From Alkalispirochaeta sp. (GTDB taxonomy: Bacteria > Spirochaetota > Spirochaetia > DSM-27196 > Alkalispirochaetaceae), in the NCBI GenBank assembly GCA_965601925.1, contig OZ271854.1, forward strand, positions 2,112,001 to 2,176,000: a DNA stretch of 64,000 nucleotides, written 5' to 3'. The position numbers and the translations under genes were made by a program. Positions 51,944 through 62,148 of the stretch are shown one piece after another (positions within the stretch are counted from its first letter, which is position 1; every line of letters begins with the position of its first letter). The notes below the pieces were generated by a model. That model was not told where the DNA came from. It did no database searches and was given only the letters and a program-made list of their open reading frames with translations.

Positions 51944-52834
51944 ATGAGCGCCGCCGCGATCTCCGTCAACCTCGATCTCGTACAGGCCGTCGTGAAAAAA
52001 CAGTTTCCCCAGTATTCGACTTTGCCGATTACACCGGTGGTACCCCAGGGTTGGGACAACCGTACATTTCGGTTGGGATCCGAACTGAGCGTGAGGTTGC
52101 CGAGTGCTGCGCGGTACGAACCACAAACATTGAAGGAGTGGGAGTGGTTGCCGCACCTCGCACCAAACCTTCCGCTACCGGTTCCGACACCGGTTAACCT
52201 CGGCAAACCGGACAAAATCTTCCCGTGGCATTGGTCAATCCGATCGTGGCTAACGGGGGCACCCGCTACTACCGCTATCCCAACGAGTCCGTCGGAGTTT
52301 GCGCGCGCCCTGGGAGGTTTCCTTCTCGCGTTACGGAGCGTTCCCGCGTCGGGCGGCCCCGTGCCGGGGACACATAATTTCCATCGCGGGGCATCGCCGG
52401 CGGTCTACGATCGCGAGACGCACATCGCGTTGAGGGCTTTGGACTCGCATATCGATACGGATAAAGCGGCACGCATCTGGAACGAGGCGACCGCGGCGGA
52501 GTACACCGATGATGCGGTGTGGCTGCACGGAGACATGAGTCCCGGCAATCTCCTCGTTCAGACGGGTGAACTGGCGGCAGTGTTGGATTTCGGCTGCTGC
52601 GCCGTGGGTGATCCGGCGTGTGATCTCACCATTGCGTGGACCTACTTCGAGGGCGAAAGCCGACGCGCGTTTCGCGACGCGGTTGACGTGGACGAGAGTA
52701 CTTGGAAGCGGGCCCGAGGCTGGGCGTTGTGGAAGGCTGCGATTCTGCAGGCGCGTATCGCGGAAACGAACGCGGTCACACCGGAGCGCAATGCCGCGAT
52801 CCTGCGGGACGTGATGACCGATCCGATCGTATAG
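51944..52834 (+). CDS. Aminoglycoside phosphotransferase/choline kinase family protein
   Basis: QGWDNRTFRLG, VRLP, WLHGDMSPGN, VLDFG, GDPACDL, RARGWA. Confidence 0.92.
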   Translation: MSAAAISVNLDLVQAVVKKQFPQYSTLPITPVVPQGWDNRTFRLGSELSVRLPSAARYEPQTLKEWEWLPHLAPNLPLPVPTPVNLGKPDKIFPWHWSIRSWLTGAPATTAIPTSPSEFARALGGFLLALRSVPASGGPVPGTHNFHRGASPAVYDRETHIALRALDSHIDTDKAARIWNEATAAEYTDDAVWLHGDMSPGNLLVQTGELAAVLDFGCCAVGDPACDLTIAWTYFEGESRRAFRDAVDVDESTWKRARGWALWKAAILQARIAETNAVTPERNAAILRDVMTDPIV

Positions 52835-53193
52835 GCCTTCGCCACATCTCAGGGTAACAAACGCAATGCCGCGTGGCGCCCACGGTACCTGCACCATCGC
52901 AGGAGCACGCCGACGAGAAGGCGACTGATGCAAGTGCGAGCGGTTCGCCAAGCGAACGACCAGCGCACCTACGGCACCGACCGGGCCGGTCAAGATTAGA
53001 CGATCGCCGCCCGGCTTTGATCCCGATCGTCTCAACCGACCGTTTTCTTCCCCTCGCCTTTTGGAGTACGTGCGTCATTTCTCCCACCTCAGCCCAACCC
53101 GAACCTCACTATTCCACCTTCATTCTCGTGTGTGCACCACCGCACCGGCGGTGAGGCGTAGGCGCGGGAGGGTGCGCGCTAGTGCCGGCGTTC

Positions 53194-54093
53194 CTACGAT
53201 ACGGCGAAACACCGGTCGAAGTGGTCTCGCAGTGCATCGTTGAACGCGCTGGGGCGTTCCTCGTGGACGAAGAGTTTCGCGCGATCCAAGACGACGAGGT
53301 CTGTACTTCCGCGGAATGTTGCGGCCATCGCCCGGGCGTCACGAAGCGGGAACCAAGGATCGTGTCTACCCCAGATCAGCCGCACCGGTGCCGTGATCGC
53401 CTCGTGTGCCGCAGCGACCCGATCGAAGTCTGCGACCTCGATCGATCGTAGAACGGCCGCTGCTCCTGCCATCGCCCGATCATCTTCCGCCAGGTGACGG
53501 AAGAAGAGATCGGCGAGCGCTCCGTGTAGCAGCGAGCGATTTCGATGGGCGACAACTGAGAGTAGAGCGCGCCCGAGGCGCGACGAGAGAACGCCGGCCA
53601 AGAGTGCTTCTAAGGACCGCAGCCTTCCAAGTGCAAAGAGAAGTCGCAGTCGGAGGCTCGGCCGACCGGGGATTTCGGTATTGCCTAAGGCGATTCCTGC
53701 GACACGCTCGCTCATGGACACCGCGGCAATGCGCAGGTAACTTCCTCCGGTGTTGTGTCCGACGAGTCCGAACGTTTCTCCGTCGATCTCCATCGCTCCG
53801 ATCGCTTCGGCGACTACAGCTGCAAACTCTTCGACACCAACACGGGTCTCGTCGCTCCATTCGGACCGCCTCGCTCTGGGGAGATCAAACAAGTGGCAGG
53901 TATAGTGCGCCGAGAGCGCCCGAACGCTATGACGCCACGTTCGCGCGTCCAACGGCCAACCGTGGATAAAAACGATGTCTGGTCCCGTGCTGATGCGCCA
54001 GTACGGAAGTCGACAGTCCCGCAACGTCAAAAAACGGGTCGGCGGACCCAACGGTTCGGTTTGTGTAGTAACTCCGGTGTGTGTAGTAGCCAT
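53194..54093 (-). CDS. Alpha/beta hydrolase fold protein (epoxide hydrolase/dehalogenase-like; Asn at the nucleophile position)
   Basis: FIHGWP, FDLP, GHNTGG elbow, IWGRHDPWF, LFVHEERP. Confidence 0.88.
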   Translation of the reverse strand: MATTHTGVTTQTEPLGPPTRFLTLRDCRLPYWRISTGPDIVFIHGWPLDARTWRHSVRALSAHYTCHLFDLPRARRSEWSDETRVGVEEFAAVVAEAIGAMEIDGETFGLVGHNTGGSYLRIAAVSMSERVAGIALGNTEIPGRPSLRLRLLFALGRLRSLEALLAGVLSSRLGRALLSVVAHRNRSLLHGALADLFFRHLAEDDRAMAGAAAVLRSIEVADFDRVAAAHEAITAPVRLIWGRHDPWFPLRDARAMAATFRGSTDLVVLDRAKLFVHEERPSAFNDALRDHFDRCFAVS

Positions 54094-54213
54094 GATACCT
54101 CCTATGTATGCGTTGCACCTTCGTTCTAAGGGTGCATCCGGACTCCTTGCCGTTCAATTACGTGGTGAGGTAGTTGATGGAGTAGGTTTGAGTCATGATA
54201 GTTGGAGTCACGG

Positions 54214-55041
54214 ATGAACGACGATAGCAAACTCCTGCCGGCGCTACTCAAGTTTTGGCGCGGGAGGCGCGGATTAAGCCAACTCGATTTGGCCCTCGCC
54301 GCGGGCGTGTCGACTCGGCACGTAAGCTTCCTCGAGACGGGACGCTCACGCGCAAGCGCCGAGATGATTCTAACTCTCGCTGCGACCCTCGACGTTCCGC
54401 TGCGTGAACGCAACGTCATGTTGCGTGCCGCCGGTTTTCCCGCAGTGTTCCCGGAGTTGGGGATAGACGCTCTCGTCGATGACCCCGGGCTGAAGCGAGC
54501 AGCTGCGCATATGATGCAGCGGCACAATCCGTATCCGATGTTGTTTATGAATCGTTGGTACGAGGTTCTGAGGATGAACGAGGGTGCCGAGTGTCTGCTA
54601 CGCGCCTGCCTTAAGCGAGACGTCCCGAGACCCTTCAACGGATTCTCAGCCTTCTTCGATCCCGAGTTGCTGCGGCCCTATCTCGTCGATTGGCGCGATG
54701 TCGCACGGGAAATGGTTTCACGCTTGCATCGGGAGTCTCTGCATCGACCCTATGACACGCAACTGTCGGAGCTCCTCGATGAGGTGTTGCACGCCCCCGG
54801 TGTGCCCGAATCGTGGCGTCATCCCGATTTTTCTCGTACGGCCGACGCGGCGTTTGTCTTTCGCTTTCGCCTCGGGCCGACGCATATCGCCTTCCTCACT
54901 ACCTTGACCACCTTTAATGCGCCGCAGAACGTTACTTTAGATGAGCTGCAGATCGAGAGTTACTTTCCTCTCGATGAGGTAACCGAAAGGGTGTGCACAG
55001 AGCTGGTGACCGGGGGCACCGAGGCGATCGACTCGGTGTAG
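54214..55041 (+). CDS. XRE/MmyB family transcriptional regulator
   Basis: GLSQLDLALAAGVSTRHVSFLETGRS, VPLRERN, TLDELQIESYFP. Confidence 0.93.
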   Translation: MNDDSKLLPALLKFWRGRRGLSQLDLALAAGVSTRHVSFLETGRSRASAEMILTLAATLDVPLRERNVMLRAAGFPAVFPELGIDALVDDPGLKRAAAHMMQRHNPYPMLFMNRWYEVLRMNEGAECLLRACLKRDVPRPFNGFSAFFDPELLRPYLVDWRDVAREMVSRLHRESLHRPYDTQLSELLDEVLHAPGVPESWRHPDFSRTADAAFVFRFRLGPTHIAFLTTLTTFNAPQNVTLDELQIESYFPLDEVTERVCTELVTGGTEAIDSV

Positions 55042-55269
55042 CGGGCGGACGTTCGCGATACGCCGGAGGGTCGAAAACGGGACGGCGGCTTCCGGCCCGG
55101 CCGGGATGTGTATGCCGCACCGGCGATACGCCGATACGCGGCACAATACGGCCGCCCGGGCCTGCTGAGGCGGCACACACGCTCCCCCGCCGCCCGGTGC
55201 AAACTACGGCGGGATCCGCCCAAGAGACGCGGTGTATCCTCCAGCTCCCCATCTCGTCGGGAACGACCG

Positions 55270-56463
55270 TTACGGACCAAACATCAGTTCCAGTGCGTCG
55301 TCCAATAACGCCTCGCGAACGGACAGGATGTCGGGGCTCGTTCCGTTGATGGAGAACGCGAGAGTCGAACCGGTGGCGGGAAAGTGAAAGAGAACCGTAA
55401 GGAAGCCGTATATCGCACCGGTGTGACCAAATGCGCGACCGTACGGCGTGTCGTATATCTCCACACCGAGGCCGTCGGCCGTCCAATACAGTCCGCGCTG
55501 ATCGCCGGGGATCTCTACCGTATCGCCGGTCATCTGTGCGAGCGCGCTTGCGCTGACGATGCCGCCGGCGAATAGCTCCTCGATAAACGTGCCCATATCC
55601 TGCATGTTGATCGCTACGCCGCCGTCGCCGGTATTGAGATCGTTGATATAGAGGTGGCGACTATCGACTAAACGATGATCGCCGAACAGGAGAAAGTATC
55701 CCCGCGGCGTGGCGGGCGGTATGGGGTCGTGGTGCGATCCGTAGTATCCGCTTGCCAAATCGAGGGGATCAAATAGCTCTGTCCGGAACATCTCTCCCAA
55801 AAAGCGCCCGGTGACCTTCTCGATAACCATGCCCAGCAAGAGGTAGTTCGTGTTGCTGTAGGAGAACGCCTCGCCGGGGCGGTTGGTAGCCGGCCTTCCG
55901 TAGGCGTACACCAGTTTCTGTTCCTGAGAGAGGGCCCGCGATGGGTCTTGAATCGTATCGAGATCGTAGGAGATCGGATCCAGGTAGTCATAGAGCCCGC
56001 TCGTGTGGTTCAACATCTGCCGCAGCGTCACGTCGTGACCGTTCTGCAGATTGTCGGTAATCGAGTCGTCGAGGTACCGGTCCAGTTTATCGTCGATACT
56101 CAGGAGGCCCCGTTCATCCAACCGTAACACCATCGTCGCGGTAAAGACCTTACTGACGCTGGCGATGAGCATGTGATTGCAACGACGCATCGGCTCGCGA
56201 TAGGCGAGATCCGCCATTCCCGCGGCTCCGATCCATGTATCTCCGTCCGGCGTCCGTACGTAGGCCACGATGCCCGGCAAGCCGTCCCGCGCGCCCTCCG
56301 CGAGGAGTGCCTGAAATCGATCACGCTTGGGGTGGGTAGCGGTGCCGTGAGCGGCCGAGTCGTTACAGCTATAGTTCGGCTGTTCGTACGGCGGATTCAT
56401 CATGCACGACGAGCAGGTGAGCGCAACACCGGCCATAACCATCAACCCCGGCTTACCGTTCAT
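55270..56463 (-). CDS. Serine hydrolase (beta-lactamase/D-peptidase family) lipoprotein
   Basis: Lipobox-like CSSC; IASVSK (SxxK), LNHTSGL, YSNTNY (YxN), GHTG. Confidence 0.92.
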   Translation of the reverse strand: MNGKPGLMVMAGVALTCSSCMMNPPYEQPNYSCNDSAAHGTATHPKRDRFQALLAEGARDGLPGIVAYVRTPDGDTWIGAAGMADLAYREPMRRCNHMLIASVSKVFTATMVLRLDERGLLSIDDKLDRYLDDSITDNLQNGHDVTLRQMLNHTSGLYDYLDPISYDLDTIQDPSRALSQEQKLVYAYGRPATNRPGEAFSYSNTNYLLLGMVIEKVTGRFLGEMFRTELFDPLDLASGYYGSHHDPIPPATPRGYFLLFGDHRLVDSRHLYINDLNTGDGGVAINMQDMGTFIEELFAGGIVSASALAQMTGDTVEIPGDQRGLYWTADGLGVEIYDTPYGRAFGHTGAIYGFLTVLFHFPATGSTLAFSINGTSPDILSVREALLDDALELMFGP

Positions 56464-57115
56464 GGCGTCCTCCTTGGGTCTCCGCCCCGTCAAGGTGCAC
56501 TTTCGTCCCGACGAGTAAAAACGTGTGCGGCAGCGCGTGGATTCCCCAGCCGCGTATACCCGGTATCTGCACGAGGGGGCGATACTGCACGTACGGAGTG
56601 AGTGGAATGCCCACGCGGGGCGCCAGGTTGTAGTTGATCTCGAGCGGGACCGAGATCACCACATGCGGCATGCCGTAGTCGCGGACCTGCTCGAACTCCC
56701 CGTCGCTGTGTTCGTACACCGGCCCAGGGTAAAACGTATGCAGGTAACCCACGCCGGCCGATACGCTTGCGCCCAGTCCGGCGAGCGTCTCGTAGCTGTA
56801 TCCGAGGTCGAAACCGAGAAACATCCCGTTCTGAAATCCTTCGTGGAGATAGAACCCGATGTTGACCTCAACGAAAAGGTACGATCGATCGAAGGTTCTC
56901 CACGGATGCTCGTAGGCGGCCATCATGCCCGGATGCACCGGCCGATCGACGACACGAAACGATGGAAGGGTTAACGCCTCCGACAGAAATGCTACGTCTA
57001 CCGCGTTACCGGTAAAGCCAGGGTCGTCGTGGGCGGCTACCGGCGTGAGCGAGGTCACGGCGCTGATGACGATCAGAAATGCGGTCCGGAGGGCGCGCGT
57101 GTTTCGTTTGCTCAT
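56453..57115 (-). CDS. Hypothetical secreted protein, probable outer-membrane beta-barrel
   Basis: Signal peptide; alternating aromatic/Gly strands (GFDLGYSY, SAGVGYLH, LLVGTKVHL); RBS AAGGAG. Confidence 0.72.
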   Translation of the reverse strand: MSKRNTRALRTAFLIVISAVTSLTPVAAHDDPGFTGNAVDVAFLSEALTLPSFRVVDRPVHPGMMAAYEHPWRTFDRSYLFVEVNIGFYLHEGFQNGMFLGFDLGYSYETLAGLGASVSAGVGYLHTFYPGPVYEHSDGEFEQVRDYGMPHVVISVPLEINYNLAPRVGIPLTPYVQYRPLVQIPGIRGWGIHALPHTFLLVGTKVHLDGAETQGGRHER

Positions 57116-57217
57116 TGCACATACTCCTTGGTGAGATCTGCCGTGAACCATAGCGCCCGATGTGCGGTTGGCCATCGTACCGCGCGGAGTATTGTGGTTG
57201 AAATGAATAGCCCGGTA

Positions 57218-57257
57218 CTCATCGCAGTCTCACCCCGGGCTCACCCTGCGATCACCC
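57218..57257. repeat. Four heptamer direct repeats at exact 11-bp spacing (putative LuxR operator array)
   Basis: CTCATCG 57218, CTCACCC 57229, CTCACCC 57240, ATCACCC 57251. Confidence 0.7.
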
Positions 57258-57325
57258 GGCGGCGGTACGATCGGCGCGTGACGCACCGATACCCGGGAAT
57301 CATATAGTGTGTCGTTCCGGTTAAA

Positions 57326-58237
57326 TCAGTCGTTGCGTTCGGTGTCGGATTCGCCGGTGATCAGCTCCACGAGTTGGTCTCGCGAGGTCACGCCGAGTTT
57401 TCGGTATAGGTTGCCGATGTGTGTTTTGACCGTGTTCTCGGAGATAAACAGGGCGGCGCCGATCTCGACGCGGTTCTTACCTCGGACGATCAGTTCAAGG
57501 ACCTCCGCCTCGCGAGCGGAGACGTCATACCTGGCAACGATACCGCTCACATCCGACGCGCGGTCCCCGTCGGCCCGCGACCGGCGAAGGATACCGGCGA
57601 AGTAGTGAATAAAGAACAGATTGATTGCCAGAAAGGCATAGGGATAGAAGATGACGTCGTCCACAAGAGAAACGACCAAATCTTCCAGAAAGATCACAAC
57701 CGTCCCCGCGAGGATACCGGCGAGAAGGCGTACCTGATGCTTCGATCGGAGGCGAAAGGACCGGCGCAGCATAATCACCGCCGCTGCGGTAAATCCGCCG
57801 ACGAGATACACCAAGACCGGAAGACCGATTACAAAGGAGCCCGTCTGGTAGGCGGCGTCCACCACCAGGAGTGCGGCGGCTACGAAGTACCCGATCAGCC
57901 ACACGACGTTGATCCGTCTGGTCGTTTGTGCGGCAAACGGGCGTTCGGTCATGACGGCCGCGAGCAGTACAACTCTGCGCGAGCAGAGGATCAACAGGGT
58001 GACGCTGATGTAGCTATTGATCAGAATAAACCACAATGGTACGGGGCCGAGCGCACCGGCCTCGAGGTAATAGAACACCATCTCAAGCAGTACGAACAGT
58101 GCGATGGGAAGTGTGAAGTAGCGGTACTGCTTGGCGACCTCGTGCGCCCGCGTGTTTCTCGCCGTAAGCGCGATACCGAAACCCACAAACCACGCCGAGA
58201 TGCTGAAGAACAAGACCACGAAATCGAGATGATCCAC
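57326..58237 (-). CDS. Membrane-anchored LuxR-type transcriptional regulator
   Basis: About 7 TM segments, then VSAREAEVLELIVRGKNRVEIGAALFISENTVKTHIGNLYRK; start is GTG 58237 or 58258. Confidence 0.9.
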   Translation of the reverse strand: MDHLDFVVLFFSISAWFVGFGIALTARNTRAHEVAKQYRYFTLPIALFVLLEMVFYYLEAGALGPVPLWFILINSYISVTLLILCSRRVVLLAAVMTERPFAAQTTRRINVVWLIGYFVAAALLVVDAAYQTGSFVIGLPVLVYLVGGFTAAAVIMLRRSFRLRSKHQVRLLAGILAGTVVIFLEDLVVSLVDDVIFYPYAFLAINLFFIHYFAGILRRSRADGDRASDVSGIVARYDVSAREAEVLELIVRGKNRVEIGAALFISENTVKTHIGNLYRKLGVTSRDQLVELITGESDTERND

Positions 58238-58791
58238 GCAGATTCGGAGTATACACAATTACGGCGGGGGTTGAGCGAGTTTTTGCCCATCTCGCGGAGT
58301 CCGTTTCGGTCGCGAATGCACAATACCTCCAACGGGCCGGAGCTTGCGGTCCTCCTCATCGCGAGAAAAACGAGTTTTTCCGAGTAAGCTCGAAGTCGGG
58401 CTGCAACAACGCGCCCGGACCGTAGAACATCGCGGCCTGCTACGGGAGTGCTCGCTCCGGAAGAAACGGCTGATACACGAACTGAATGTGCGGGAACACC
58501 GTCCCAAACGGTCTCCTGTGAACTCAAGCTTTCTCTACGGCGACCTAACATCATCAAAGAAGCTTCGGAATCTCTCGTGCGTTCGTTTCAGGAACCCGAC
58601 GTTGCTTCTCACTACTGCGGAGACCTTCATTCGCGCTTTCGCGTAGCTTTGGTCAAGCGCGAGCAGAATGGCCACGAGACTACCTCGTTTGCCGATTGTC
58701 CGCATGACTTTGTTGTGCCGCGCGGGTTCTCCAATAGTACGTGCAACTCTCGTGACGATGGGTAAGAGGACGTGGTATCTTCATGTTCCTC

Positions 58792-59751
58792 ATGGCAGTC
58801 GATAGTGACCATAGTCTCCTTCGGATTCCCGCCGACCCAACTCGGGCTCCGATCCTCTACGGGTTTTCGCCGCCAAAAGCCGCCAACGGCCCGGAGAGGG
58901 TCATGGACATCGCGGCCCGTCGATGCGATAGGATGAGGGAACTAGATGTCGACGGGATTGTTCTGTACGATGTACAGGACGAGTCGGATCGGACCGACGA
59001 TGATCGCCCGTTTCCGTTCCTTCCGACCCTCAATCCGTTCGACTTTGCGGAGAAACTCGTTTCTGCGACGGGTGGAACGTTAGCCCCTCGCGTAATCTAC
59101 ATCGCTACGGCCAACTACTCCCAAAGCGAACTAACGAGACGCGTAAGGACCGTGGATGCGACGTGTGAAGCGGTCGTGTTAGTTGGAGCGAGCAGTAGCC
59201 GATCAAGGCCACGCGTGAAGCTCAGTGAGGCCTACCGACTGTTGCGTCAAGAGAGACCCGATGTTGTGGTTGGAGGAGTCACAATCCCGGAACGGCATAC
59301 AAGGAGGGGAGACGAGCACTCGCGATTGATCGAAAAGATGAAGTCGGGGTGCCAGTTCTTCATATCCCAATGCGTGTTTGATTCGACTGCGGCGATAAAT
59401 ACGCTGTCGGATTGCTTCTACGAGACCGAGCGCCGAGACATGGTAATGCCGCGGGTAATACTCACATTCAGTCCATGCGGCTCAATGCAGACGCTCCGCT
59501 TCATGGAGTGGCTCGGTATCGCTATCCCGCGGTGGCTTCAGAACGATTTAGAACACGCGCGTGATGCTATCGAGGTGTCGCTGCGCGCGGCGGTCTCCGC
59601 TGCGGAGACAATCGCCCGGTTCTGCAGCGACCACAGTATCGCGTTCGGGTTCAACGTCGAAAGTGTCTCGATCCGCAAGAAAGAGGTCGATGCTGCCGGC
59701 GAGTTGACAAAGAGACTGATCGAGGTGCTCGTCCGGCGGGGACTGCGATAG
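58792..59751 (+). CDS. Methylenetetrahydrofolate reductase family protein
   Basis: YGFSPPK, DGIVLYDVQDE...RPFPF, GGVTIPERH, GCQFFISQ, FMEWLGI, GFNVESVSIRK. Confidence 0.82.
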   Translation: MAVDSDHSLLRIPADPTRAPILYGFSPPKAANGPERVMDIAARRCDRMRELDVDGIVLYDVQDESDRTDDDRPFPFLPTLNPFDFAEKLVSATGGTLAPRVIYIATANYSQSELTRRVRTVDATCEAVVLVGASSSRSRPRVKLSEAYRLLRQERPDVVVGGVTIPERHTRRGDEHSRLIEKMKSGCQFFISQCVFDSTAAINTLSDCFYETERRDMVMPRVILTFSPCGSMQTLRFMEWLGIAIPRWLQNDLEHARDAIEVSLRAAVSAAETIARFCSDHSIAFGFNVESVSIRKKEVDAAGELTKRLIEVLVRRGLR

Positions 59752-59939
59752 GAGCCGACGCTCGCCTCGATTCCACGCGGCGTTCCCTCGTTCGGATCGG
59801 TGGAGTATCTTGACTGTAGCCGCCGACCGCTCCGTCGGCACCCCGCGAACCGCGACCGTCGCTCCGGTTTGAGTCGAATCCCTCGCCGGACATCCGTCGT
59901 CTGGTTGCGCCGCCGAGTGATTATTGCGAACGGGTCGAT

Positions 59940-60540
59940 ATGCTGACGCCTGCCGAAGGCTTTCAGCTCCCAACTTTGCCCAACCTCCCTGTTTCACAAT
60001 CACCTCAAGACGAACCTGCTCTTGATTCTCGAGTAATGTCACCGTCAGCGCGTTCCAGCATAGCTGAAATCACGGTGACGCTGGTTTCGCCTAACCGTAC
60101 ATGGTCGAAAACCGTTGGCAATGAAGCAACAACCACATTTTACTGAGCGAGCGTGGGTAAGTTGGCAACGGCAACAATCGTATTTCAGTTAATTGAGCAA
60201 AGGAGGCTGTCACTGGATGATACCTTGGACAACTGGTATCCGGACCTCCCACCGGCTTCCTCTATTACCATTGCAAATCTTTTTAATCACACATCGGGCC
60301 TACTTAGTCATAATGAGTTGCCGGAGCTCAGGCGGTTGCAGGTTGATCTGGAGCCCAATCAAATCATTGAACGCATGTCGACAAAACAGTTCCTATTTTG
60401 CTCCGGGCAGCACCGGTACTATTTAAGTACAGGCCTTGTTTTTCTCGGTGCCATCATTGAGGATATCACGGGGGCTCTCCTACGCTGACGCCGTGGCACC
60501 TCTCATCTCCGAACCATTGAGCCTGAACCACATTCAGAGC
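59940..60540 (+). pseudogene. Degraded serine hydrolase (beta-lactamase family) pseudogene
   Basis: FY*ASVGK with in-frame TGA at 60144; LSLDD...NHTSGL intact; YxN degraded (YYLST); frameshift near 60475; truncated. Confidence 0.8.
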
Positions 60541-60663
60541 ACTGCCATGAAACACAACACCAGAAACAATGGCCGGCATACGCCCATCGGACGGAGATTC
60601 GTACATCGCCCACCTTTCCACACCATACGCCGCCGGGGTGACTGCGTCGTGCCGTATCTGAAC

Positions 60664-61173
60664 TCAGCCGGCGGTTTTCATGTTTTCGATGGCGGCCCAA
60701 CCTTCGGGCGTGACACCCATGATCTCGGTCGCAACTCCGATCGTTTTGTAAGTGTCGAAGAAGGCCATTCGCGCGATCGGGTGGTCTACCTCGCTGATAA
60801 TATCAAAACCTTGTCGGCGCAAGCCCATCGTGATCCGTTCGAACTCGTCGATCGACGAGCGATACGCCACATGCTGGACACCTCCGTGGGGATGTCGGGC
60901 AAGATAGTCTTGGAACATACTCGGTCCCGAAACCGGCTGAACGAGTTCGACAAACATGCCGTCACTATATGCTTGAGTGGTCAACCATTCCGCTTCCGCG
61001 ACCTCGCCGTAGTAAGTCATACTCAAATCCTGTGCGCGAACTGGTGACGGTTGCGGAAATCCGGTCACGGTGAGCGTATTTGCAAGGAACTTTGCTGACG
61101 CGTGAATGTCGGCGACTACCCAGGCGATTTGAGCCATCTCTAGTCTCTCGACGCCATTTTTAGTATTGTCCAT
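60664..61173 (-). CDS. VOC family protein (methylmalonyl-CoA epimerase-like)
   Basis: QIAWVVADI, VELVQPVSGPS, GGVQHVAY, FFDT...ATEI. Confidence 0.88.
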   Translation of the reverse strand: MDNTKNGVERLEMAQIAWVVADIHASAKFLANTLTVTGFPQPSPVRAQDLSMTYYGEVAEAEWLTTQAYSDGMFVELVQPVSGPSMFQDYLARHPHGGVQHVAYRSSIDEFERITMGLRRQGFDIISEVDHPIARMAFFDTYKTIGVATEIMGVTPEGWAAIENMKTAG

Positions 61174-61265
61174 ATGAGTGTTCTCCTTCGGTACTTCGTG
61201 CCCTGACGACAATTGCTACGGAATCGACCCGTTTGAGTACGCCCACGATGCGGGTAATAGCGGCG

Positions 61266-61754
61266 TTATACAAAACCAGATTCCTCTTCGAGTTTTTTTA
61301 GCTCCGCGAACAGACTATTCCGGGATCCGAAGATCGATCTGCCCCGGCGGACTGTTTCTTGAATACGGGGAACAATCGTGTCGCGTTGCTCGCGTACCGT
61401 TTGGAGCCATTCGTGTGGAAGGTCTTCTTGGCTCACTCGTTTCGATCCCCATTCGGCCATCTCGAGAAGGATAGGAACGAGGTCCAACCCGTCTTGTGTC
61501 GGCTCGTATATCTCCTTGCGCCGGTCCTCCGGATGGGGCCGTCTCGTCAACAAACCTTTTGCCTGTAGCCGAACCAATCGATCGGCCAGGATGTTGCGAG
61601 CAATACCTTCATCAGAAGACAGGAACTCATTGTAGGTCCGCTTACCGAAGTAGATTACGTCTCGGAGAATCAGCAAAGACCAGGTGTCCCCAATCATCTC
61701 CAGACAAAAGCTGATGGGACAACCCGACCTTGGTTCAATACGTTTCCTACTCAT
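61266..61754 (-). CDS. HxlR family winged-helix regulator
   Basis: RSGCPI...IGDTWSLLILRD, EGIARNILADRL. Confidence 0.93.
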   Translation of the reverse strand: MSRKRIEPRSGCPISFCLEMIGDTWSLLILRDVIYFGKRTYNEFLSSDEGIARNILADRLVRLQAKGLLTRRPHPEDRRKEIYEPTQDGLDLVPILLEMAEWGSKRVSQEDLPHEWLQTVREQRDTIVPRIQETVRRGRSIFGSRNSLFAELKKLEEESGFV

Positions 61755-61955
61755 GGCGTTTACCTCGCGTATGGTACATCAAATAGGTAGTATTGTGCAA
61801 CCTAAAATATATCTGAGGAGTGGATCAAAGGTAGTTTCGCGGGGTTAAAGACGGGCGAGCCCACGAGAGATAGTGGTGGGATCGTGCTTGCGAGCGCGTT
61901 AGCTTTCCCCGCCCGGAGTGTCCCGACACAAGGCCGACATCGCGACAAACTTGGT

Positions 61956-62066
61956 CACATAGCGTCCACATGACCTACATGGTCCACACCGGTTAGATCG
62001 TTGCCGACGCAGTCGGCAGCAACGGGAGTGACGATAGCCACGTCCGCTCAAGCGAAATGCTATGTG
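61956..62066 (+). other. Degenerate attC-like site upstream of the APH-like gene
   Basis: Terminal inverted repeat CACATAGC/GCTATGTG, inner CACATGA/TCAAGCG, central hairpin GTTGCCGAC-GCA-GTCGGCAGC. Confidence 0.35.
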
Positions 62067-62148
62067 GTTCTCACGATTGTCTCCGACGATCCGGACATTC
62101 AGCGGCTCTTGCACGAACCGATAGATCCGGCTACAACGCTAACATCGC

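Noticed and set aside
51944..52834. Bona fide aminoglycoside resistance gene
   Set aside because: The motifs support only the broad APH/choline kinase family; the substrate cannot be inferred.
58260..58780. Possible pseudogene fragments upstream of the LuxR and MTHFR genes
   Set aside because: Short stop-interrupted frames with no identifiable parent family.
60144..60146. TGA read-through (Sec or Trp recoding) in the serine hydrolase
   Set aside because: TGA is a normal stop in many intact genes here, and the gene has further lesions.
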